A program made the translations under genes and the position numbers. From positions 1-64,000 of IMG/VR virus record IMGVR_UViG_3300009157_000002: DNA of 64,000 nt; one strand, given 5' to 3'. The notes beneath the pieces were generated by a model. That model saw only the letters and a list, made by a program, of their open reading frames with translations. It was not told the origin of the DNA and made no database searches. Origin of the DNA: a virus. This document shows positions 19,938 to 29,151 of the stretch, piece by piece (positions within the stretch are counted from its first letter, which is position 1; every line of letters begins with the position of its first letter).

Positions 19938-20234
19938 TCATGGATTTAATTTTTTATTTGATTTCCCAATCAGATAAGCATGAAGTGAGCTTTTGAGATA
20001 TAGAACATCTTTGCCGGGTTTACTTGCTATGATCGGACTTCCAGGTTCGTCCCTGTATTTTGTAAGTGTAGTAACGCTTATATTCATAAATTCACATGCT
20101 TGGTCTGCTACTAACCATATTTCTTTTTGTCCTTGCATTTCTTCCATAACAACCTTAATAGTGTTTATAGCTACGCTTTTTACAAGCTCATCAAATGCAG
20201 GTGTGTTTACTTCAAGGAGATTAATAGTTGACAT
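19938..20234 (-). CDS. Excisionase-like HTH protein
   Basis: WLVADQACEFMNISVTTLTKYR...VLYLKSSL, an HTH_17 pattern. Confidence 0.7.
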   Translation of the reverse strand: MSTINLLEVNTPAFDELVKSVAINTIKVVMEEMQGQKEIWLVADQACEFMNISVTTLTKYRDEPGSPIIASKPGKDVLYLKSSLHAYLIGKSNKKLNP

Positions 20235-20236
20235 GA

Positions 20237-20509
20237 TTATTTTTTTAGGATTAATTCCTTTTCGCTTTTTAGAAGATCAACCATTTGTTCAAGCTTTTCG
20301 GTGATTTCCTCGTTTGCAGATTGGGTTTGCAGACAAAGGCGAAAATCCTTTTTTATCTCATCTGTATTATCATCTGGAAAATACCGCTTAAAGAAGGTCC
20401 AGGTGTCTCTTATTTGCATACTCCTTAATGCTACCTTTGTAAGGATCACTCTAATCTTTAAATATTCGCTTTCCGTTAGATGGTCTGATTGTATTATTAT
20501 TTTTGACAT
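20237..20509 (-). CDS. First gene of the leftward lytic operon (Cro-position protein)
   Basis: Divergent from the CI-like gene. Confidence 0.45.
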   Translation of the reverse strand: MSKIIIQSDHLTESEYLKIRVILTKVALRSMQIRDTWTFFKRYFPDDNTDEIKKDFRLCLQTQSANEEITEKLEQMVDLLKSEKELILKK

Positions 20510-20557
20510 AACCGATATTATTATTATCTTTACACGTGTACATTGCGTGGTGCAAAA

Positions 20558-20575
20558 TTACATTTAAAAATGTAA
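20558..20575. promoter_or_regulatory. 18-bp palindromic operator, overlapping the leftward -7 element TAATTTTG (20553-20560)
   Basis: TTACATTTAAAAATGTAA; related copies at 20672, 21715 and 36605. Confidence 0.7.
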
Positions 20576-20671
20576 CACATTTAAAATATTTTTAAAAATT
20601 TTTTAAAAACGCGATGGAAAGCCCTAAAATCGCAGACTTCTCAAACGGACAACAATTATTGTGTATAAGGA

Positions 20672-20689
20672 TTACATTTTAAACTGTAA
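20672..20689. promoter_or_regulatory. 18-bp operator copy upstream of the repressor
   Basis: TTACATTTTAAACTGTAA ending 4 bp before the ATG at 20694. Confidence 0.6.
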
Positions 20690-20693
20690 CAGT

Positions 20694-21242
20694 ATGGAAA
20701 ACCCCCTTAAAATGGACATCAATGAGCGCATCAATGAGCTTATAAAAGTTTTAGGATTAAATATAAATAGTTTTGCTAGGGGATTAGGAATGCCACGTAG
20801 TACGGTTATCAGTCAAATTGTAAAAGGCATTATAAAAAATGGCGCTCTAACATTCACAAAGCCAAGCTACGAGACGATTATCGCTATCGTTACATTTTAT
20901 AAAGTAAGTCCCTCTTGGTTATTATTGGGCGAAGGGCCTATGTTTAGTGTAGATGTAAGTATTGTAGATACTAAATTTTTAAAGGAAAAAGATGAACGAA
21001 TAGCTATGCTTCAAAAAGCTTTAGCAGAAATGGTATTTCAGCAGGAGTTACTTGAAAAGACGATAGCGCAGATAGGAGGCGGGCAAGACCAACATGAAGT
21101 GATTGATATTATAAGGGCACGATTTGAAACTTTTGCAAAAACAACAGCGCAGATACCACAGGGACAAAAAGTTGCTATTAACAGACAAAACCCGTTACGC
21201 GATCACATTGAAAAAAACATAAAAAAGCCAAAGACAAGTTAA
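20694..21242 (+). CDS. CI-like XRE HTH repressor
   Basis: INERINELIKVLGLNINSFARGLG...KPSYE...VSPSWLLLGEGPMF; divergent from the lytic operon. Confidence 0.8.
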   Translation: MENPLKMDINERINELIKVLGLNINSFARGLGMPRSTVISQIVKGIIKNGALTFTKPSYETIIAIVTFYKVSPSWLLLGEGPMFSVDVSIVDTKFLKEKDERIAMLQKALAEMVFQQELLEKTIAQIGGGQDQHEVIDIIRARFETFAKTTAQIPQGQKVAINRQNPLRDHIEKNIKKPKTS

Positions 21243-21634
21243 TTTTCAAAAGACACTCCAAGGACACAGATAAATTTTGAAATTTGTTCGTTGTTTAGCG
21301 TATAGAATCGAATAAGGGTATGATAGTGAATATTATGGTTATCATCTACAAGAAACCAGAACCTAAAAATGGACTCTAAAAACAGCTTACTCATCATAAG
21401 ACAATCAGTGGTCCTACTTTCTATAATCACAGGATAATTTTCATATTTTAAAAGCCCAATAATTTTAATCATTTTCGAAATATTCTCTATCTCTCTTTTT
21501 GTCTTTTTATCTGGCTCTTTAATAGAAGTTTGGTACAATTCAAGGATGTAATTCAAGGCATCGGAAACTACATCATAACCACCTGTTTTTTTAATAATAA
21601 CATGGTCGAAAAAACTGTTGTTATTGCTTCTCAT
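21239..21634 (-). CDS. Hypothetical protein
   Basis: ORF preceded by an operator copy. Confidence 0.45.
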   Translation of the reverse strand: MRSNNNSFFDHVIIKKTGGYDVVSDALNYILELYQTSIKEPDKKTKREIENISKMIKIIGLLKYENYPVIIESRTTDCLMMSKLFLESIFRFWFLVDDNHNIHYHTLIRFYTLNNEQISKFICVLGVSFEN

Positions 21635-21714
21635 CTTGATTTTTAATAATGGTTAAATAATATGATCGGTGAAATCAGTGTACAAAGGAAGGTACAGAAA
21701 GAAAGCTGTTGTGG

Positions 21715-21732
21715 TTACATTTAAAAATGCAA
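21715..21732. promoter_or_regulatory. 18-bp operator copy
   Basis: TTACATTTAAAAATGCAA, one mismatch to 20558. Confidence 0.6.
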
Positions 21733-21854
21733 AATGCAAACGTACAACTTTTTTGCAAAGATGTACAAAAAAACACACACGAAAAAAGATTAAAAGACAG
21801 AGATTGTCTTCATGTAAGATAAGTGTGAAAATAGATTGGTTTTGAATAGAAGGA

Positions 21855-23243
21855 TTAGCTTGGTTTTTTTTCTTCGAAATGCAAATGCTCTACCACCCTT
21901 TTGTTTATCAGAAGTGAATCTTCGTAATGATCTCCAATTATTTTATCGGTAGTATGTCCGGTAATTTCTTTAGCCCGATCACCAGAAATAGCTTTGAGAT
22001 AAGTGATATAAGTTTTACGTAAACTCTTAAAACTTATCTTTGGTCTTGGATTTTCGATTTGCAAATAGTAATGTTTAAATCCTTTACACATACTATTATT
22101 TACGTAAGCTCTATTCGTTATTTGTGGAGCAATAATATATTCATCTTTCCCTTTCTTTTCTTTCCAGCCAATTTCTAATAAGAGGGTAGCCAATTGTGGG
22201 GTAATTGGAATTTCTATTGGTTCCTTTTCATCCCCTAACTTTTTATTTAAGATACGCTCAACCTTGTAATCATTATAGGATAGTAAGCCACCAAGTAGTT
22301 CTCCGGTTTCTTTATATGGCAAAACATCAATCCATTTTAGCATGACAAGTTCTTCTGCTCTTCGGCCTCCGCCTAACAAAGCTAGTTTAATGGCTGTTTT
22401 TAACCAGGGACGATACATATTTTTATTTAATACTCTAGGGCTTTGGGCTCTGGTATTATAATGAATGGAACAAATATGGTTACCATTGTCGATCTTATCT
22501 AATACTTGATGATACTCTTCCATGAGTGCCATTTTGGGTTTTGTTTTAGATGATCTGCGCTCAATATGTTTGAATGGGTTTTTACAAGGGTAATCGGCAT
22601 TAACAAGGAATTCAAAGAATCTACTTACGCAGTCTACATAGGCATTGTATCTGTATGAAGTAATTGTTTTACCATCTTTTTTCTTCTTATTAATAACGAA
22701 CGTATAATATTTACCTGCATGTGAATCTGTGATTAAACGGATAGGAGTATCTTTTCCTATACATACTTTTAAAACGTCTAATATTGCATAGTTATCTTTG
22801 AGCCAGCGAGGATTGCGGTTATGCTGCCTATGCTCTGGTACATTTTCATTGCGCAAAAACTTTTCATAAAACTCAATCGCTGTGCCTATGGTAATATCTT
22901 TATCTGTAGGCTGATTGTTTTCTTTGTTAGGGTCATACTTTTCTATTTCATCCCTTAATTGTTTACATGTAATGAATGGCAATCTTTTTTCATTCGCATT
23001 AATATAGTTTATAGCTCTATCTTTTAAATTACTTATTTTTTGATTGGCCTCCGCACAATTTGGAAAAGGATCTTTTTTTAGAGTTTTAATAGAAAGCTTG
23101 CCTTCATCCCATTGAGGGATTGTACAAGAAAGTTTTGTTTTGATTGGTAAAGTATCTCCAAGGTGGCAGATACGAATTAAGATTGGATAGGTCTGATCCT
23201 CTTTGGAGCGACGTTTATCAAAGTAGATATATGCTGAAGCCAT
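21855..23243 (-). CDS. int: Tyrosine integrase with Bacteroidota arm-binding N-terminus
   Basis: N-terminal YFDKRRSK..YPILIRI; catalytic GRRAEE, KSLR, GH and HY residues. Confidence 0.85.
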   Translation of the reverse strand: MASAYIYFDKRRSKEDQTYPILIRICHLGDTLPIKTKLSCTIPQWDEGKLSIKTLKKDPFPNCAEANQKISNLKDRAINYINANEKRLPFITCKQLRDEIEKYDPNKENNQPTDKDITIGTAIEFYEKFLRNENVPEHRQHNRNPRWLKDNYAILDVLKVCIGKDTPIRLITDSHAGKYYTFVINKKKKDGKTITSYRYNAYVDCVSRFFEFLVNADYPCKNPFKHIERRSSKTKPKMALMEEYHQVLDKIDNGNHICSIHYNTRAQSPRVLNKNMYRPWLKTAIKLALLGGGRRAEELVMLKWIDVLPYKETGELLGGLLSYNDYKVERILNKKLGDEKEPIEIPITPQLATLLLEIGWKEKKGKDEYIIAPQITNRAYVNNSMCKGFKHYYLQIENPRPKISFKSLRKTYITYLKAISGDRAKEITGHTTDKIIGDHYEDSLLINKRVVEHLHFEEKKPS

Positions 23244-23250
23244 CGTTTAT

Positions 23251-23554
23251 TAATTTGCCAGTAATTTGCCAGTAAAATGTTATTTCATCTTGTTTCATCT
23301 TGTTTCATCCGAGATAAAATCTTTGAAATTTTAGTAAATTTAAGTGTTTGGGCAAAGATGAAAGTAGTAATTTCTAGTTTAGAAAACTGTTGCTCTATCC
23401 AGTTGAGCTAAGGGATCAAAACTTATATATCCTTATCTAGTGCTGTGTTGCACGAATTTGGCAAATTTGATTTACCAAAATAAATACTTCCATTTGCCAG
23501 TAATTTGCCAGTAAAGTATAAAATTGGTTCATTTTGGTTCATTTTGGTTCATTT
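23251..23554. other. attP with arm-type repeats
   Basis: 24-bp direct repeat ATTTGCCAGTAATTTGCCAGTAAA at 23253-23276 and 23492-23515; triple 10-mers (T)GTTTCATC at ~23281-23309 and TTGGTTCATT at ~23524-23553 flank the tRNA core. Confidence 0.75.
23376..23417 (-). pseudogene. 5' half of tRNA-Arg(TCT), att core
   Basis: GATCCCT-TA-GCTC-AACTGGATA-GAGC-A-ACAGT-TTTCTAA-ACT; tRNA similarity then stops, with no T-arm. Confidence 0.75.
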
Positions 23555-23636
23555 ATATGATTATCGAGTGCAAAGTTAATAAATCTATTTACATACACGT
23601 GGATCAACATTATACTAATTTGTTTTTTGAATGTTT

Positions 23637-24056
23637 TCATTTTCTTATTATTGAATGAAAGTACCAGTGCTGTGCTTTGTTTTTAATTTTCTCTATTTCT
23701 TCCGCTGTTGGAGTTGATTGCCCTGGCAGCACGGCAAAAAAATCCAGATAATTTCCTCTGTTTACACTAAAAATCATTAAGGGCTGTTTTTTTAAACAAA
23801 TAACAAATTTAGCTCCCGGTAGGGTTGGCACATTATCGGAGAAAATAAAATTCGGAAATGGATTATTAGATTTAATTTTAGCAATCATTTTTAGTAATTC
23901 AGGATCTTTAAATAACTCTTCAATTTCCTGATCGGAGGCTTTTGTAAGCCGTTGATCTATCTCAATTAAAATAGCTTTACAGTAAACACAAACGTGCAGC
24001 TTATCGCTTACCTGTGATTCAGGAGTTACGATCCTTTTGCAATTGGGACACATCAT
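23637..24056 (-). CDS. Zn-ribbon protein
   Basis: CPNC...CVYC. Confidence 0.55.
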   Translation of the reverse strand: MMCPNCKRIVTPESQVSDKLHVCVYCKAILIEIDQRLTKASDQEIEELFKDPELLKMIAKIKSNNPFPNFIFSDNVPTLPGAKFVICLKKQPLMIFSVNRGNYLDFFAVLPGQSTPTAEEIEKIKNKAQHWYFHSIIRK

Positions 24057-24061
24057 ACTTT

Positions 24062-24271
24062 TTATATTTCAGGCTTGTTTAAAAATTTTTCGCAGGCTTC
24101 TTTTATGGCTTTAATTTTCTTTGTGATATTTTTTAGTTGTTCCGGTGTAAATCTTTCATTTACTAAATTCTGGTTAAGTTTATTTTGAAGTTCCCCCCTG
24201 CTTATTCCAATTGATTTGGCAAAATTAGATTTCTTTATGTCGGCTAATTTTAATAGCTCTGTTAGTTTCAT
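24062..24271 (-). CDS. Small HTH regulator
   Basis: IKKSNFAKSIGISRGELQNKLN; upstream TATATTTG at 24294-24301 (-). Confidence 0.65.
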   Translation of the reverse strand: MKLTELLKLADIKKSNFAKSIGISRGELQNKLNQNLVNERFTPEQLKNITKKIKAIKEACEKFLNKPEI

Positions 24272-24435
24272 TTTTCTTCCCTTTATTAACGTTCAAATAT
24301 ACAGTTATTTTTATTTTACGTTTGATTGCTTTTTTAAATTTCTTTATTACATTTGTCCTGAGTCCAATGACTTGTTATTGAAGCCCTAATTTTGTAGGGT
24401 ATGTATAACAAAATTGTGATTTGCTTTCAAAATGT

Positions 24436-24464
24436 AGTCCCCGGCATATACCGGGGACTTTTTT
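24436..24464 (+). terminator. Intrinsic terminator
   Basis: AGTCCCCGG-CATATA-CCGGGGACT followed by a T-run. Confidence 0.8.
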
Positions 24465-24546
24465 ATTTGTCTTTTAAAATTTGTATGGCATAGTCTAAAA
24501 TTTTGCCTCAGTATAAATGTGTAATATTTGTTACTTCTAGTTCGGT

Positions 24547-24897
24547 TTACTTTTTGGTTCGTTCTAAAAATTCTCTTGCAAAAGTAACAGCGGCTTCTCT
24601 TGCCATTTGAAGTGTAGGCATTTGGATTGTTTCCTCAATCTGGAACCCGTGTTTTTTCACTCGACAATAAAATGTATCTGATAATTTATGATCTGAAATG
24701 ATAACCTTATAAGGGATAAATTCTAAAAAAATTGCAGCCCAGGTTTCAGCGGCTTGCCGGGCAAGCTCAGGGGCTTCATAGGGGTATGAGTTATGAATTC
24801 TTGTTGCATTGTCCCATATACTGCATTTGTACTCATCTCGTACTGGATGATATTTTTCAATAAACTTAAAAGCATGAGCATTCTTTGAGTTTTTCAT
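24547..24897 (-). CDS. Early hypothetical protein
   Basis: Member of the small-gene early cluster. Confidence 0.55.
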   Translation of the reverse strand: MKNSKNAHAFKFIEKYHPVRDEYKCSIWDNATRIHNSYPYEAPELARQAAETWAAIFLEFIPYKVIISDHKLSDTFYCRVKKHGFQIEETIQMPTLQMAREAAVTFAREFLERTKK

Positions 24898-25111
24898 TTG
24901 GCTTTACCGTTACTGTGGTTCTCAGGTTCTTAAATGATGGTTAATTATTACAAACTTTTGGGCTGAAATTTTGCCTCATTGTAAGCGTTCGATACGTTTG
25001 GCGCTTGGCACAAGTGGCATTTGTGGCATTTTATTCGTGTCGTTTGTGCCATTAGTGCCACAAACGCCAATACTATTTGTTAGTAGTTAAGTTTATTCAT
25101 TTCTCATTGGT

Positions 25112-25450
25112 TTATTTTGCAATGCTATTTATAAGCTCCAATAATTTAGCGGCGGATTTCGCTTTAGGATCAAAGCATTTACCCCCTATATGCCAATTGT
25201 ATTTTGATTTCCTGAACTCTTCTACTTCTGGGTATCGGCTATGATACAAATTAGTTGATTTGTAATCGTATATTGTAACGATTTCCCCTGTTTCGGTATC
25301 TTCCAAAACCCATTCGGTAGAAACTTTGTCCCCGCTTTCCCCATTAGGCTCTCCAAATACCTCTACTAACTGGTTAAAAGTTATTGGTTTTGTCTCTCCA
25401 AATAACCCCGTGTTAAGAGGTTTATTTGTTGGTTTAAATGTGTGTTTCAT
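25112..25450 (-). CDS. Early conserved phage protein
   Basis: LVEVFGEP..DKVSTEW..TIYDYK..WHIGG family pattern. Confidence 0.65.
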   Translation of the reverse strand: MKHTFKPTNKPLNTGLFGETKPITFNQLVEVFGEPNGESGDKVSTEWVLEDTETGEIVTIYDYKSTNLYHSRYPEVEEFRKSKYNWHIGGKCFDPKAKSAAKLLELINSIAK

Positions 25451-25565
25451 GGTAGTTAGTTTTTTTGTGGTTAATTACTAAATTTCGCCTTATAATAGAG
25501 GGCTGATAAGGTTTATTTTCAGTTACGTTTAATTCTTTTGCTCTTCTTTCCAGGTTGCTTCAAAA

Positions 25566-25883
25566 TCAAATTGTTATATAGTAGTAATTTTTTGTTTCGG
25601 ATATTTCTACAGCAAAATCTACCGTAGTCCTACAAACAAACGCTTTCTTAATTCGATCTTTATATTCAAAAATGGCATAACATTTACCGTTTTTAATCAT
25701 ATAATCTGTGTAAAATGTTCCTATAGGCTTTTCTATTTTATATTTTTCAGGCCCATGTTTATATGCGTCAATCATTGCTTGTTTTGCATCTTTAAAAGTT
25801 ACCGGAGTATCTATATTTAACTTTTTCATGCAGGCCCAAAATTTTACTTGTTCCTTAGTTGGATCAAATGGTTTCTTTTTCAT
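25566..25883 (-). CDS. Early hypothetical protein
   Basis: Leader AACTAACTACC-ATG shared with the gene starting at 25450. Confidence 0.55.
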   Translation of the reverse strand: MKKKPFDPTKEQVKFWACMKKLNIDTPVTFKDAKQAMIDAYKHGPEKYKIEKPIGTFYTDYMIKNGKCYAIFEYKDRIKKAFVCRTTVDFAVEISETKNYYYITI

Positions 25884-25894
25884 GGTAGTTAGTT

Positions 25895-26374
25895 TTAAAT
25901 TTTTGCAAGAGTTTCACTTATTTCTTTTAAATCGTTTTCGTGTTTTTCATCCCAAAAATCCGGTGCATCGTACTTTAAATTTGTAAGCGCGGCGGCGGCT
26001 CTGAGTAAAGCAAGTTTCATTTCTGGTGCTGCTTTTAATAATGGAGCAATAGCGGTTAAATTTTTAGTATTTTGTTTTGCCGGAAATTCGCCGCCGTCTT
26101 CATTATGATCCTCTTGTGCTGCAATTTCTTCGTATGCGAGGGTTATTAAATCTTCAATAATTTGTTTTTGTTTTTTAATGGATACGTTTTTCTCTTTTTT
26201 AAACGGGGCTTTTTCTATTTTACCTCCGAACATTCGAGCCTTTTTAATAGCCTCCCCCCTTGTATACTCAATTGGATTATCTTCGTGCGGATAACCTAAA
26301 TATCCGTTTTTATGTTGATCTTCCTTTGCTGTGTGACCTATGAGTAATTTTACTCTGTACATTTGATTTTTCAT
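25895..26374 (-). CDS. Early hypothetical protein
   Basis: Likely start MKNQMY at 26374; C-terminal LLKAAPEM motif. Confidence 0.55.
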   Translation of the reverse strand: MKNQMYRVKLLIGHTAKEDQHKNGYLGYPHEDNPIEYTRGEAIKKARMFGGKIEKAPFKKEKNVSIKKQKQIIEDLITLAYEEIAAQEDHNEDGGEFPAKQNTKNLTAIAPLLKAAPEMKLALLRAAAALTNLKYDAPDFWDEKHENDLKEISETLAKI

Positions 26375-26405
26375 GTTGTTTGTTTTAAATTTGGTTAAAT
26401 TATTT

Positions 26406-26873
26406 TTATATTTTTCCTTGGTCTGCAAAACTGTAAAAACTTTCATTTGTTAAAATAATGTGATCTAAAAGGTTTATTTCTAAAAGTAGCGCAGCTTGTT
26501 TTAATTTTTCTGTTAATTTTATATCTGCATTGCTTGGTTCATAATTTCCCGACGGGTGGTTATGGCATAGAATTATAGCGTGTGCGTTCATTAGTAATGC
26601 AGCTTGTAAAACAATTTTGGTATCAACTACGGTTGCTGCTGTTCCTCCAATGGATATTTTAAAAAACCCAATAACCTTGCACCCTCTGTTTAATCCTATC
26701 ATTGTCATTTCCTCTATGTAGTCCATTTTATTAGACCACATAGCGCGAAAGATTTCTACTGATTCGGTGGAGTTGCTAATTTTTTTCATTTGACTGAGCG
26801 GCCTCTTTGATTTATAATTTAGTTCAACCTCTGAAACTAAATTTCCTGCGAATAAATTTGTCTGGTTTTCCAT
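26406..26873 (-). CDS. radC: RadC/JAB-domain protein
   Basis: E..., ILCHNHPSG, PSNAD, LLDHIIL and YSFADQG motifs. Confidence 0.9.
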   Translation of the reverse strand: MENQTNLFAGNLVSEVELNYKSKRPLSQMKKISNSTESVEIFRAMWSNKMDYIEEMTMIGLNRGCKVIGFFKISIGGTAATVVDTKIVLQAALLMNAHAIILCHNHPSGNYEPSNADIKLTEKLKQAALLLEINLLDHIILTNESFYSFADQGKI

Positions 26874-26900
26874 CTTGTATATATTGGTTAAAAATTTCGC

Positions 26901-27419
26901 CTATTCATTTCTCATTGTTCCATCTTCTTCAAACGTATAACCGTTCGCCTCAATTGTTTCAATTATAGATGTATCACTTTGTAGATATTCAGATTCCTTT
27001 TGTAACATCATGGAATAATCTTCCAAAAGAGATTTTAAAAAATCCTCTTCCATTTCGTTCGCCTTTTCGTCAAAATCTTGCGTATCGCCGTTATCAATTT
27101 GTTGCTGGTATTCGCTTACAAGTTTATCCCAATCCTCGATAAAAGAAGCGGCTGTTTTATATGTTTCGCAATGTTTCCCGTGATTCTCTTTTATCTTATG
27201 GGCTACTTCATAAGCATTTAATAAAAATTCTCCTTCTGCGTGCCTATTCCTATCAAGTCCGAAGTATGTAATTTTCAAACCAATATTTTTAGCGTCTTCG
27301 TAAGTAGTGTTCCACCAATCATAATAAACATTTAAATCTCTTAAATTGTTTAATGCGTTTTCCTTTGCGTCTTCGCTTAATTCTTTAAACTCGTAAATAT
27401 TTGTTTTTATAGTTTTCAT
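26901..27419 (-). CDS. Early conserved phage/plasmid leading-region protein
   Basis: YEFKELSEDAKE...IEANGYTFEEDG family pattern. Confidence 0.65.
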   Translation of the reverse strand: MKTIKTNIYEFKELSEDAKENALNNLRDLNVYYDWWNTTYEDAKNIGLKITYFGLDRNRHAEGEFLLNAYEVAHKIKENHGKHCETYKTAASFIEDWDKLVSEYQQQIDNGDTQDFDEKANEMEEDFLKSLLEDYSMMLQKESEYLQSDTSIIETIEANGYTFEEDGTMRNE

Positions 27420-27424
27420 GTTAT

Positions 27425-27709
27425 TTATTTTTTAAGGGTTAAAGATTTATTATGTGCATTTAATGTGTGACCATATCCGGCATAACAACAATAGCATAAA
27501 CTATTATATTTTATATTTTCGGATATACTGGAAGACAAATCCGTTATTCCGTCACACATAACACTTTCAAGTGTTTCTTCCCCTGTTCTTTTAGATTTCC
27601 ATAGATCCATTCGAAAAAAGCTATTATCTACCGGAAAATAGTATTTAGGCGTGCTAAATCCGTATGTACATTCGAAAGGTTCAGCGAAGGGGATAATTAT
27701 GTTTTTCAT
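27425..27709 (-). CDS. Early hypothetical protein
   Basis: Likely start MKNII at 27709; CYCC..H..H motif. Confidence 0.5.
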   Translation of the reverse strand: MKNIIIPFAEPFECTYGFSTPKYYFPVDNSFFRMDLWKSKRTGEETLESVMCDGITDLSSSISENIKYNSLCYCCYAGYGHTLNAHNKSLTLKK

Positions 27710-27821
27710 TTTTGTAGGGGTTTTTAAAGGTTTAAAAATCATTATTAATAAGTTGAATTTTTGCCTCATTGTAGAGGGGTGTATGGTTTTACTATTTGTT
27801 AGCGTTAATTAGTTCTTTCCA

Positions 27822-28028
27822 TTATTTGTGATAAATTCCATTATTAGGATGTGGGTAAAAGCTGCCTTTATCCCCCTGTTTAGTGAATCCCATTGAACTA
27901 TCATTTAACACAGTATCAAATAAGTGGTTTATATTTAGTGCGTTCCTGTGGCTTCTTAAATTGATTCGCTGGTGTACATTAAACTTCTTACACAGGCTTT
28001 CAAATGAATGTTTGGTTATACTTTTCAT
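27822..28028 (-). CDS. Early hypothetical protein
   Basis: Cluster member. Confidence 0.5.
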   Translation of the reverse strand: MKSITKHSFESLCKKFNVHQRINLRSHRNALNINHLFDTVLNDSSMGFTKQGDKGSFYPHPNNGIYHK

Positions 28029-28039
28029 AGCAGCTATCT

Positions 28040-28303
28040 TTAATTTTTAGTTTTTAAGAAAACAGTACTTTTAATACCTCTTTCATTTCCGGGGAGACTT
28101 TTAATTTTATTCCATTGTTCTATATATTCCTCTGTAAGCCTTCTACGTTTAATTAGCCGATGCGGGGATGGTTCATTATCATTATAGCATTTAAGTTGCA
28201 CCTTTGCGGCTTTAAATGTTTCCTCTGTGGTTGCATCTTCCCAGCCTTGACCGTAATACCCCTGTATTACATAATCGAATGTCCATTTATTTATCTTTTT
28301 CAT
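28040..28303 (-). CDS. Early conserved phage protein
   Basis: VIQGYYGQGWED...YNDNE..HRLIKRR. Confidence 0.6.
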   Translation of the reverse strand: MKKINKWTFDYVIQGYYGQGWEDATTEETFKAAKVQLKCYNDNEPSPHRLIKRRRLTEEYIEQWNKIKSLPGNERGIKSTVFLKTKN

Positions 28304-28324
28304 GTCTTAAATTATTACTGTTAG

Positions 28325-28855
28325 TTAAATCATATCATAATTAACACCCGCATATTTTTTCTTTAACTCACTATTCCAGGGAAGATTTAAAAACAATGGT
28401 ATCCAATGCGCTCCATAAAAAGAATATCCGCAGCCCCTTACAAATAAGATTTGGTTAAAGTCTCCTAGCCCTTCAATAATCCCGAACCCCGCTTCAATAG
28501 CTGCGTTTATAACGTTATCATATTCTTTCTGTTTAAACTCGAAACAAGTGTTCCACATTGGATAATTCCTTTGCTCTATCTCTTCTCTTGCTGTTTCATA
28601 TTCTGGGCACTCCTCAACGGTTTTATACTTTCTTTTCAATTGCTTTGCTGTTAAATTTGAATATTCGGCGATATTATCGAAAGTCAATTTCTCTTGCCTT
28701 ATACATTCCATCAAACTGGTATTTTCTTTTTCTGCTACTATATTTAATACATCTAATTGTATAAAATTAAATGTCTCTACCCATTTAGATGTAAGGCTTC
28801 GTAATTCATTTGCAAGATTTAAATTTTCTTGTTCTGTTAATTTTTTAGTTTTCAT
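28325..28855 (-). CDS. Early conserved phage protein
   Basis: YPMWNT..., GCGYSFYGAHWIPL. Confidence 0.6.
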   Translation of the reverse strand: MKTKKLTEQENLNLANELRSLTSKWVETFNFIQLDVLNIVAEKENTSLMECIRQEKLTFDNIAEYSNLTAKQLKRKYKTVEECPEYETAREEIEQRNYPMWNTCFEFKQKEYDNVINAAIEAGFGIIEGLGDFNQILFVRGCGYSFYGAHWIPLFLNLPWNSELKKKYAGVNYDMI

Positions 28856-28882
28856 ATTTTGTTTTTTAAGGTTATTATTTAA

Positions 28883-29065
28883 TTAGCTTCTTTTTTTATT
28901 ATAATTAAACATAAGTTCATAGTTTATATACAAGTCTCTTTTAGTGTATGAGCGAAAACCAAAAACAACATGCTCAATATCCCAGCCTTGTATTACCATA
29001 CTTTCGATTAAATAAACTATCATTTTTCGTCTGGTTAATTTTTTAAATTCGTTTAATGTTTTCAT
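28883..29065 (-). CDS. Early hypothetical protein
   Basis: Cluster member. Confidence 0.45.
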   Translation of the reverse strand: MKTLNEFKKLTRRKMIVYLIESMVIQGWDIEHVVFGFRSYTKRDLYINYELMFNYNKKRS

Positions 29066-29151
29066 AGCTACAGTTTAATAAATGTTAATACCAAATGTTG
29101 TTGAACAAAACAATAGAACGGCAATAAAAATAGACAAAATAAAACTTACAA

